Shown one piece after another: positions 1-10,017 of a DNA stretch of 32,591 nt. The stretch is taken from the NCBI GenBank assembly GCA_964255105.1, contig CAXUWE010000013.1, positions 1 through 32,591 on the forward strand, given 5' to 3'. Within the stretch, counting starts at the first letter, position 1. Each line of letters begins with the position of its first letter. The position numbers were made by a program, and so were the translations under genes. This DNA is from Porpidia crustulata. Taxonomy: Eukaryota. Under the pieces are notes generated by a model. It made no database searches. It was given only the letters and a program-made list of their open reading frames with translations, and was not told the origin of the DNA.

Positions 1-200
1 GCGTTGAACTCCGCGAAACGCGCGGAGCGTTTAGAGTATATCTACCCGCCCGCCGTATCCGGGGTGCCGGGTATCTTACCCGCGGCTATCATTCCAGGCT
101 TTACAGCTCTTGAAAGTGTGTAGATCGAACTTCATTAAGGAGACTAGGACTGCCACTGTGCAGCCTTCACACTACTCAATTGCCCACTCTGCCATTGACT

Positions 201-1427
201 ATGACATCCACTCGATGCCTTCAGCCTCGGAATCAATTATACAGGCTATTTGTTGGAGCTACTGGTCACAATCCTACGCTTTACATGCGATGTAGCTCAA
301 GATTCGCACGACTTCAACCAGGATCTAGTCGCAGAAGCCCCTACAGATTGTCTCTAGCGCGACGAGTCTCAACAGCCACCTTGCAAGCTCTAAATGGAAA
401 TCAACCTGCACCACGATTTGATGATCGTGCCTTGGCGCAGATGCAAGAACAAGTCCATACTCTCTTACAGTCCCCTACAGTTCCAAGCCAAGACTCGATA
501 GAGGGAGCGCTAGCCGATTGTGAAATATTTGCAAGAGCTCTGTATGACAGTCCTGAGGAAGTGGGTATACCAACCAAAAATCAAAACACGCCAGCCTCCA
601 CACTACTGGATCTTGAGAGAAATAAGCAAGTACAGTCCATTGGCTTAACAAAACCTGTCAGAGATCAAGTTGTTGAAAGACTTTCTGCACTGGCTTACTC
701 TATAGTCACTGATCCGAAGACCTTCATAAATGTTGCTGCCCTAGCTTCGTATGTTGCTACGCAATGTTTTCTTGGCCGTCCCGAAAGTCTTCCTCAGGTT
801 TTCGTCCTTTATGCACACAAACCAGTTCACCGTCCAGGTTCTTCTCCGCCGCAATTCAAGGCTCCAAACCCGTCCAAAGCTTCATCCGCAATTCCGTTGG
901 TTCTAGCACACGCCGCATTAACTTCTGCTATGGAAATAAAGAGCCTCCCTCTATGCTTCGACATCATCAACACTAGTGTTTGTGCCCCCGCGTTCAAAAG
1001 GAACAAATTCATTCGTCGCGCGCTTCTACCTTGTACAGCACTTGCGCTGGCTCCACTAGCAGCCTTTGTTCTTGCTTCCCAATTGTCAGTCTACCAAGAT
1101 GGCTTGGAACGAACAACAGCTAGGAACATGATATTTGCTGGGACTCTGGCTTATGTCGGCTTCACAACTACCATCGGCTATGTTGCACTTACAACAAGAA
1201 ATGATCAAATGAATCGTATTACATGGACAATTGGTCTGCCATTACGAGAGCGATGGCTCAGGGAGGAGGAAAGGGCTTTCACTGATCGTGTAGCCCAAGC
1301 GTGGGGCTTCCAAGAAAACCTGAGAAGAGGCGAAGAGGAGGGACAGGACTGGGAAGCGCTTCGTGAATGGGCTGGGCTTCGTGGCATGGTTCTAGACAAA
1401 GTCTCGCTAATGGAGGGTATGGAATAA
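201..1427 (+). CDS. Conserved hypothetical fungal protein, probably a mitochondrial membrane protein with two TM segments
   Basis: Intronless ORF 180..1427; first ATG at 201 (MTSTRCLQ), alternative at 285. Arg/Ser-rich, acid-poor N-terminus resembles a presequence. Two hydrophobic stretches, then the C-terminal NDQMNRITW...RWLREEERA...AWGF...MEGME block that I recognise from uncharacterised ascomycete proteins. Confidence 0.8.
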   Translation: MTSTRCLQPRNQLYRLFVGATGHNPTLYMRCSSRFARLQPGSSRRSPYRLSLARRVSTATLQALNGNQPAPRFDDRALAQMQEQVHTLLQSPTVPSQDSIEGALADCEIFARALYDSPEEVGIPTKNQNTPASTLLDLERNKQVQSIGLTKPVRDQVVERLSALAYSIVTDPKTFINVAALASYVATQCFLGRPESLPQVFVLYAHKPVHRPGSSPPQFKAPNPSKASSAIPLVLAHAALTSAMEIKSLPLCFDIINTSVCAPAFKRNKFIRRALLPCTALALAPLAAFVLASQLSVYQDGLERTTARNMIFAGTLAYVGFTTTIGYVALTTRNDQMNRITWTIGLPLRERWLREEERAFTDRVAQAWGFQENLRRGEEEGQDWEALREWAGLRGMVLDKVSLMEGME

Positions 1428-1801
1428 GGTAGCGCCATCGACATGACCTTGTGAACCTTCAAGGTAAATACTGAGGGTTCCAAGCGTCAGTAATTACTCG
1501 TGGGGAATGAAGCCCCATTAAGAAATTTGAGGCTGAACTACGCCAGATTTCCTGCATCCTAAAGAGATAGGTTTAATGGAGGAGCCACGCAAGATCCAGG
1601 TGAGTGAGGCTCGTGTTACTCCACAGTAGTCGATGAGTGACAGCCAGCAATAGTCGATTGGGCGACGAGAGGGAGTCCACAAAGACAAGGTCCAGACCAC
1701 GAGGGGAATGAGCATAGCATTGCGGAACATGAAGCAGGGAAATAATGACAAAGGATTGTTTCTACATAAATATCTAAGTAGTCTGTGCATTGACCTAAAA
1801 A

Positions 1802-2896
1802 TCAAGCCTTCCCCGCCTGACCAACTTGTATGATTTCATTGGTCCTCTGCTCATCACTCCTTAAAGTAGGCCAGCTAGCGCTATCTGCTTTTGTAAGCGT
1901 CAACTCCAGTTTAGTTCCCTTGATACTGTATGTCGACTTGACTGGGTCAATTGGTCCGAAAAGTGGTATTTCCTGTTCATATCTCTTCTGATCGGCAGTA
2001 GGGAGATCTACGAGGACGGTGGTGGCGTTTATGAATCCTACTTTTGCGCTAGACTTGTCAATCTTCTTTAGATAGAGGGACGCAATAACGGTTGTGGTGG
2101 TTTGGTAAAAATCGTGCCTGTTGCGAGAAATATATCAGCCTTTACTCGGAAGAAGCTTTCGTAAGAAGCGGTTCGACTGACCGGATCTCCATGAGCTTTT
2201 CCTCTTTCCCGTTCCTGTGCTTTCTTCCGATAAACAGGTGCTTTCCTTTGTGCTCACAACCTTCGATTTTCATGAACTCATCGAACTCTAACACCCGCCG
2301 TTTGCAGCATGTCCAACCTTTACTTCCCTCATGAAAGATGGCCTGACCTGGATGATAGACACATTTTTCGCCGTCCCGAACCACACCTACCCCACCAGCA
2401 ACGGATGAGCTGATATTACAACCGCGGCGGCGGCAGGTTGTATTTGGCGGGATGGGTTGGGATGGGTCGTCCGAGTCTGACTCTAGGGGAGCGTTAGGGG
2501 CGGGTATTTTCGCGGTCGGCGTCGTTTGAGGTGCGCGAGGAGTTCTGCTATTATCGTTTGCGATCGGTAATCGTTTGCCGGATGGTGCTAGAGGCTCCAA
2601 ATCCTCTGCTTTACTGGGTTCAGGTGCAGGGGTATCGTCCACAGTGGAATGTTTGCCCGTTGTGCATGGTCGAATAGAGAGGAACTCGTCAAAGGTGAGG
2701 ACGCGAGATTTGCAGCATTTCCATCCTGAGCGCCCGTGTCAGTGATAAGGTCGTGGGAAATGACAAGAGAGGAAATAGGAGCTCAGACACCTTTCTGCCC
2801 TTCGTGAAATTCAGGACCTTCTGGGTGATAGACACACTCCTCGTTTGAGTCTGTGAAGATCTTGCCACAGCCTTTATGTACACACTTTTGCGCCAT
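1802..2896 (-). CDS. CHORD- and CS-domain Hsp90 co-chaperone (Chp-1/Rar1 family), 3 exons
   Basis: Spliced translation MAQKCVHKGCGK...CVYHPEGPEFHEGQKG|WKCCKSRVLTFDEF (CHORD-I; intron 2790..2726), CRRRGC...CVYHPGQAIFHEGSKGWTCCKRRVLEFDEF (CHORD-II), second intron ~2181..2118, then the CS domain RHDFYQT...KLELTLTKADSASWP, ending at TGA 1804-1802. Confidence 0.93.
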
Positions 2897-3467
2897 GACA
2901 TAGTTCGCGAGATGTATCGAATTGACTATCAGTTCATCACACTACCTTGCAAAGTACCCCGGCAGGTAGACGATGCCTAATTTTCGCTAGATTAGATACG
3001 GGATCACGTGCTTCCGATACCGGGAACTTCAAATAGGGCTAAAGTAGATAAAATACTAGGTGACTCCCTCAAGCAGCAAATTAGTACTTGCGATCGTTCC
3101 AAGAGAAATCTGCAACAAGGCCAAATCTAAGTGGACTTCCGCAAGCTCGTCAACATTGAGCGGTTCTTTTGCTGCTCCAGCAATCAATTCTATACGGATA
3201 CAACAACATGTATCAGATCTTAAGGAGTAGGCCAAGGACTTGACCCGACGGATTTAGGAAGATCCGATGGCTTCTTCTAACATTCGTGGTGCGCTATCAT
3301 CACAATTTGCCACTTAGGCAATAATCCCCAGGCATGTAGGTCGTCTGCGGAGAACGCGACTCTATTCGTCACAACAGAGCGGGCGGAAAAAGGATTTCTA
3401 CTCGGAGACGTATCGCGCTGCATTGTTTCATATATCCCGTTTCATACATGAATAATAATCCAAAATC

Positions 3468-4469
3468 TCAAGGCCCGTCATAGAGCACAATCTGAGGCTC
3501 ATCTTGCCTATCAAAAACACTTTTTGGACGTCGGATCAGAAGAGACGTAGATGGAGAGCGCCATTTGACCATCGTAGTGTGCAATCCTTGGCCGTTATCA
3601 TTCATACTTCTTTTATATAATGGTAACATACGGCTCATTTTTTGGAGCAAGCCCGTTTCCTCCTTGAAGTTGTCATTGCTCTTAGCGTCCTGCGTGGGAA
3701 GAATGGCAGCAGAGAATGCATAGGGTAGTGGGGGCTTAGGTCCGAGCTTCCTCTGTGAGTCGAGTGCCTCTCGGGAGTCTTCGCGGCCCAGGAACACAGA
3801 TCTCCGGGGATATCTGATGTGGTAGTCGTCAATTCTAAGGTCGCCATCTTCCTTCACCGGCTCCAGAGGTTCACAGGAAGAATAGGCACGTGCACGTAAA
3901 TGCAGTGAATCATACTCTCGGCGAGCTTCTCCAGGGCTCCTTCGTCCTAACATGGGTAGGCCACACCATAGACACATACGACCACCAAATTGATCATCCA
4001 ATGGCTTGCTCTCGCAAGGTTCTGTTACGCACTTTTCGAGCTTCGAAGCCAGGTTCGAGTTTTGCTCGACTTTACATCGCGAACACAGCCAGCCGTCATG
4101 CACTGAACATTGGCAAAGCTCTTTGGACTCTGCACGCATTGCGAATGAGACTTGCTCCCTGCTCTGCGAGCCATCAGATTGTAAGACGGAATGTTGTCTC
4201 CGATCCCAGCACTCCGCACAGACGTGACGACGACGGTTATAATATGTAGCTTCCTCTTTTTCAAAAGCATCTTTAACAATACAAGCGTCACAGACTGGCA
4301 TCGTACATCTAAGACAGCATCTAATCACATATCCCTCCGTATGGTGCAGCTCGCGGCAAATTAACGCCTTTAAATCAGACCTTACCATGATAGAACGAAG
4401 GCCAAGAAGTCCCCCGTCTTGAATGCCTGATTTGTGTAGAACCTCACACTGTTGGGCAAAGCGAGGCAT
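3468..4469 (-). CDS. Hypothetical Cys-rich (putative Zn-binding) protein
   Basis: 333-codon ATG ORF with clustered CxxC motifs (CLRCTMPVCDAC, CAEC, CQC...CSRC, CLWC) followed by a low-complexity tail. Confidence 0.6.
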   Translation of the reverse strand: MPRFAQQCEVLHKSGIQDGGLLGLRSIMVRSDLKALICRELHHTEGYVIRCCLRCTMPVCDACIVKDAFEKEEATYYNRRRHVCAECWDRRQHSVLQSDGSQSREQVSFAMRAESKELCQCSVHDGWLCSRCKVEQNSNLASKLEKCVTEPCESKPLDDQFGGRMCLWCGLPMLGRRSPGEARREYDSLHLRARAYSSCEPLEPVKEDGDLRIDDYHIRYPRRSVFLGREDSREALDSQRKLGPKPPLPYAFSAAILPTQDAKSNDNFKEETGLLQKMSRMLPLYKRSMNDNGQGLHTTMVKWRSPSTSLLIRRPKSVFDRQDEPQIVLYDGP

Positions 4470-4964
4470 TTCAATAGCCGTCTAAGCACGTAAGAGAGAA
4501 GATTCTGGCAGCCAAACGCATCACAAAGTGGTAAAACGCGGTAGAACAAGTTATTGCAGATCTTGGAAAGTTGGCAGAAGATAGCGGAAATTTTTGATGA
4601 TCGTATGTGTGTATCAACCTGATATTAGAGATGTGAAGGAGGGGCTGTGGTACATCATGAGGCTGAACACTGATGAAAATGGGGCTACGAAGTTGCGAAC
4701 CTGGTTAGTAGGAACATAGCTGCTACTGCCTCGACGTACCTTGTATAACTAACAAGACGCTTACCTGTACGACTTTGTAGACGAATAATTCGATTGATTC
4801 AGAAGGACTATGCGAGACTTGGCAGCTTGATTTCTTTCTTTACACTAGCTCGACTTAAATCAATATACACCCCTTGTACTCGATTTGTGTAAACCTCGAA
4901 TTCCAAGTTTACATAACCTTAGCCATCCATGCCATCTATCTGATTTGATCTCACAAGCTTCCGA

Positions 4965-5349
4965 ATGATGCAGCCAGCACAGCAACTCCTTATGCACACT
5001 GCGCGCATCACCCTTTTCACTCGCTCTAATTGCGGCCTGTGCGAGACTGCGAAGTTAGTACTGAAAAGTGTAGGTGAGAAGAGAAGCTTCGACTATCACG
5101 AAATCGACATTATGACAACGAGTCAGAAGCAGTGGAGGCAAGTCTACGAATTTGACACTCCTGTTGTAAGGTAAACCAAGCTTTTGCACGTGGGTGGTAT
5201 TAATGTGACATTACGTGTAGGTTCACGTTCAGCGGGTTTTCCATACATATTCGAAACCCGACATCGCCACAGAAGGCCGGAAGCTGATGCATCGTTTCAC
5301 CAAAGATGAGGTCGAGCTCCTAATTGATGAAGCCGAGGGTCACGCGTAA
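4965..5349 (+). CDS. Glutaredoxin-like protein (DUF836 type), 2 exons
   Basis: ITLFTRSNCGLCETAK (CxxC) ... YEFDTPV | intron 5166..5220 (GTAAGG...TAG) | VHVQ...KLMHRFTKDEVELLIDEAEGHA*, stop TAA at 5347-5349. Confidence 0.88.
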
Positions 5350-5427
5350 TCCACCCTCGAGTAAGAACCTTACTTGAGTGAGTGCCAGTGTAAGGATCAG
5401 ATAGTTTTTGAGAGTAGGAAGTGGTTA

Positions 5428-6581
5428 TCAACCGTAAGGACCGGTCAGTTTTGCTGCTCCGGACACAGCTCCTTTCGCCATATTTAGTGCGGAGTGGACG
5501 TACGATCCTCTAGCCTCAATCAATGCAGAGGTCATAGAAGCTGGCAAAGCAACGATATCCGCTACAACCGACACCTGCCCCCAATATCAACAAAATAGCA
5601 GAAAATTATACGAGTCATCTCACCATTTGGAACCCTTGATCAGCAAATTCTCTAGCCTGGTCTCCTGAAGTGGCATATATTCCACTACTTATCTTATTCT
5701 CTTTCGCTACGCGTTGCACTTTTGCTATGGCTTCCTTGAGCTCCGTGTGCATAGTGCCATCTAAAATAGGGTGTCCAATATTATTTCCCAGGTCAAACGG
5801 GCCTACAAACAGGACGTCGATGCCAGGCACTTTGGCTATGTCCTCAACCTAGTCAACGTCTCAGCAATTAAGGTGCGCAGACATGCGGATCCGTATTCAG
5901 TTTCATACGTTATGCAACGCCTCCTTTGTTTCTATTTGAACGATCGTAACCAAGCTTTCATTCGCCTGCTGCAGGTATTCTGCTGAGGACTGGCCACTGA
6001 ATTTCTCCATTGGAAACGGCGAGCCAAAACCCCTGTTGCCGGTGGGAGGAAACTTTGCCGAGCCAACCAGCTTTTTCGCATCGTCGGCCGTGTATAGAAG
6101 CGGTACGATTATACCATGCGCTATTTCATTGTCATCATGAAGATGAAGGCGGGCTAAATCTCAGAATGGGGCTGATTGCTTACCACCAGAATCTAGAGCA
6201 CCTAGGTCAAGGATTTCTTAGCTAATTAATTCCAGAGGAGGGAAAGATAATATGACTTACGTTTGACCATCCAACCTTCGTTGGCTGCTATTCTTACTAG
6301 GGGACTTACTCCACAGGCTGCGATAGCTGCGACTGCTTCGTGCATTGCACTATCTAACAAGTAGAAAGTGCTCGTGTCAGTGCTACCCTTTCGAGAACGA
6401 TTTAATTGGCCTCCGCTCCAGTACCATCAATATTTCCATGCTCAGTGTCGACCAGGACCCAATCGAATCCGCAGCGCGCAATTGTTCTGGCTTGATTGCT
6501 CCCGGGCAACATCTGCCAGGCCCCAAAGGTAAGACCTGACCCAGATCTGAGTGCTCTGTGAAGTCGATTTGCAGCTTGCAT
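5428..6581 (-). CDS. HpcH/HpaI aldolase/citrate lyase family protein, 6 exons
   Basis: Spliced translation MQAANRLHRAL...FGAWQMLPG...GFDWVLVDTEHG...KRALDSGAHGIIVP...KFPPTGNRGFGSPF...VQIETKEALHNVEDIAKVPGIDVLFVGPFDLG. These are the hallmark motifs of the family. Five GT-AG introns keep the frame. Confidence 0.93.
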
Positions 6582-7479
6582 TTTGCCCTCTTAATTTGTT
6601 GCACTAGTCTATAACATGAGGGAGTAATACTCAATGTTATATTCACGTCGCCACAATCGAGTGTCCGACACAAATTGCCTTGGCGGGGCTTCGTTGTCAG
6701 GAGGGGTATTTCGGTGCGTATTCAAAACATGACGCAACAGCCAACACTCACTCACACTCAATCACTACGTACATGATGTCAAAGAGAGGTAACATATACC
6801 TATTCATAGCCAGGTTTTTGAACATTGTATCTCAAGGTATAATAGTAAGTCGCGCATCCTTCGACGCAGTACTCTTTCTTCAGACAATACCCTAGTGTGT
6901 CTAATTTACAATCTCTACTCCTGAAAATCCCTGCGCATTGACGTCCCAATGCTCAATGTAAATAACGTAACAGCACTGTTGGGCCGATGCACCAGATATC
7001 TAGAATACACTATGATAAGTCGTTGTGAAAATAGTTCAGACTTGGTTTTTTATAATGATGCAGAAATTCATGCAATGATTTGATACTGCAGATTCGTTGA
7101 TAGGCAGACTGGAAACCCATGATTATCTATCACAGTACAAGTCTTTCTAGTATCCGTCCATTAGCCAAGGGATAACGCTTCGTGATTCGAGATCTTGGAA
7201 TTTATGAAAACGCTTACAAGTAATACTTACCATCTGCACTGTTGAATTCGTTGGCTTCGTACGGAGTAACCGATCTCCAGTCCTCCACCGACCAAACATC
7301 GAGCTCTGTGGACATAGTTCACCTAGTCAGCTTAATTGGAAGTCGTGGTCTACTTGCAGATCACTCTGGTAAAACGCATTGTTCAGCTGCGCAAATACAT
7401 CATCGAGAGCCAGTCCACTGTATCAAATACGCTCTACCTGGGACATTGTACCAGAAAGCTTAACCTACAACAGCTGAGC

Positions 7480-7839
7480 ATGTCCCTCCAGCCATATGTA
7501 AACAGTAAGTACCATCTCTCGTGTGTGTGTGTGTATGTAAAATTACTAATACATTCTCTGCTTCTAGGGAAAGTCCTCGTCCTTACTGCAGACGGCAGAA
7601 CCCTCGCTGGCACTCTCCTTTCATGCGATCAATTAACCAATCTTGTCCTGGGCCAAACTGTCGAGCGCGTCATAAGACCTCACGATGATTCAGAATCAAG
7701 TACCGAGGTCACACATGGGCTATATCTCATAAGAGGAGAGAACGTGGCCATTTGTGGGCTTATGGATGAGGAATTGGATGCAAGTATTGATTGGGCACAG
7801 GTGAGGGGCTATGTGATTGGGGGTGTAAAGCACATATGA
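7480..7839 (+). CDS. LSM8: U6 snRNA-associated Sm-like protein LSm8, 2 exons
   Basis: MSLQPYVN|RKVLVLTADGRTLAGTLLSCDQLTNLVL...GLYLIRGENVAICGLMDEELDASIDW: Sm1/Sm2 motifs with an LSm8-type tail. Intron 7505..7567. Confidence 0.9.
   Translation: MSLQPYVNSKYHLSCVCVYVKLLIHSLLLGKVLVLTADGRTLAGTLLSCDQLTNLVLGQTVERVIRPHDDSESSTEVTHGLYLIRGENVAICGLMDEELDASIDWAQVRGYVIGGVKHI
7521..7533. repeat. (GT)n microsatellite inside the LSM8 intron
   Basis: gtgtgtgtgtgtg read directly. Confidence 0.8.
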
Positions 7840-9159
7840 GAGGACCACGAAGGGTCAACATCTTGGGAGAATTACCGAAGAGCGATCAGCACAGATGTCT
7901 ATGACATACTACGTTCGAAGGGACATATTCATTAGCCAAGGGAAGAAATTGCGGAACGGATACAAGATGTGAGGGAATCTTCAATTAGGTCCGGTATCTG
8001 CGTCTTAGCACTGAATGGTCAATCATAAAGTATGTCTATCGATTCACATCTTGTGGAGCCACCATGAGGTAACATTGATGTCACTCACAGCAGTCATTAT
8101 TCGAGCTGAAGACAGGAAGGATGAAGCAAATGGATTGAAGGGTAAGCTTCGATGACGGCAGCAGGTCATCAGGGGCGTGTCTGAGTATTGGCCAATCACT
8201 TAACTTGTCCAGTTGGTGCGTACACGTCCCGCCAGATCCTCGCACTCGCAATTCGCCCAGCTTCGCGAATTTTAGAATCCTTCCTGAATTCCAGCTCGAC
8301 TTTTGGGTTCCTTAGAGAGTCGCTCATCATGATTCGACTAACATATAACGGCAACATTGCGGGATCACAGTGAGACTCGGAAATTGTTGGCTGATCTGAA
8401 TCACGCTCCTTCGGAAGATCATTTTTCAATTGTACAAAAGTCCATAGACTCCTCGAACCCTCCCCTCTCTCCATTCTCTTGATCAAAGATCGCCCGTCGG
8501 TTGTTGCTCTCATAGAATTAATTGATAGATAATGTCAAGGTCCTCGGAAGCTGTATATTTATCCTGCGTTTCCTGATACTTTGCGAAAAGAAGCATACGT
8601 GATCGTTTGGATTGTCACATACATTTGATATATCCACTCGGACCAGACCGAAATTCGTATCATTCTCAATAGAATTTGTTGAACCCAATATCCAGGATCT
8701 TGCCTCGAAGCGACTTTTTGGGCGTCGCTTTTGGGCTGTTCCAAGTCAGAACTTGGTAATCGTAAATTCGCGATTCAGTAATCAAGGACGAGTCAGATAT
8801 CAGTAGAGATTGTACAGATATCAGATATCATAGGACATTCTGAAAATATTCGTTGAATTAGAAGTTGCGCGATGACTGAATGAGCGAACATGTTTTACAC
8901 TCACGACCTACGCACCTAATATTAAAGTTACTAACATGACCATTTAACGTATCAAGGATTCACACATCTTTGTCGCGATGTGTAATTGTCATTTCAAAGG
9001 GTTTTATTTATTTAGCGAATGTCATCCATGTGAATTTTGGGGGAATCGTGCGCTAGTCTCCGTCGTGATCTCCGTACTCTGTACTCCAGACACCAGTCGC
9101 CACCAAGAATTTCGGTCTTGCTGGCAAAATACCCTATCCGAAATCTCACCAAGATCGAG

Positions 9160-9710
9160 ATGACCCTTCTCTCCAATTCCCTCATAGCCTTCGGTCTTCT
9201 CTTGCTATCCCATGCGTTCGTCCCCTCCCATTCCCTGACATCACCCTTGGTGGCCTCACTAAGACCCCCTCACCATAGTTGCTACTCTGCCTACGAACAC
9301 CACTCCCTTACCACCTCTTCTTCATTCAATCCTCCCCCCTCTAGTCTCTCCTCTCCGCTCGTCCCGAACGCTAACAGCGGTCTTCCTCTCGACATCTCCA
9401 TCGAAACGATTGCCTCCGTGCTTTCGATCTGTTTGGGGTTGGTCGTGGGCAGCGAGGAGTTGAAGCCGATCAGCTGGAGGGTCTGGGCGGGACAGGCGGA
9501 AAGGGAGCAAGGGCCAGGAGGGCCATTTGGCGGATTAGAGGAGAGGCGGGGATTCATGGATGTCAGGGTAAGCCTCCTTCTGTCATGCTTTTGATTAGAG
9601 ACAGGAGCTGGCTTTTTGGGGAGACGCAGGCTAAGAAAAGCTGTGTGGCGTAGGCAAAAAGAAAGGAATTTGCGGATTGGGTCAGGGATCAAAAAGAGGA
9701 GCAGGACTGA
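9160..9710 (+). CDS. EMC5: ER membrane protein complex subunit 5 / membrane magnesium transporter (MMgT) family, 3 exons
   Basis: GLLLLSHA|CYSAYEH...LPLDISIETIASV...GLVVGSEELKPISW...LEERRGFMDVR|AKRKEFADWV. Introns 9216..9278 and 9568..9653. Confidence 0.88.
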
Positions 9711-10017
9711 TTGTGACGGTACGATGTCGCCGGATTTCGACCGGGCTGGGTTGGCACAATGCCGCCTTTTTGAAAAAGGTGAAGTTATTCAGATTTTCTG
9801 TTTCTATTGTATTTTTGTCGCTAGAGATACCCTATGGCTAGTGAAGCCATAAATGAAAGTAGAGATTCTATAATCATGAGTCAGTGGGCTTCTATGAAAC
9901 TGAGACAGTCCAAGCCCGTGCTATGTCATATATTCACCGGTCCTATCAATATTACCAGGCACTTTCTGGAACGTCAAATCTTGTGGCTAATCGTAAAAAA
10001 GAGTATCAAGGCGGACC

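Noticed and set aside
12..24. CGCGAAACGCGCG, resembling SCB/MCB cell-cycle boxes
   Set aside because: Too short, and at the window edge; the target gene cannot be assigned.
7050..7130. ATGATG/ATGATT motifs suggesting a C/D snoRNA
   Set aside because: No proper C box and D box pair, and no rRNA-complementary guide identified.
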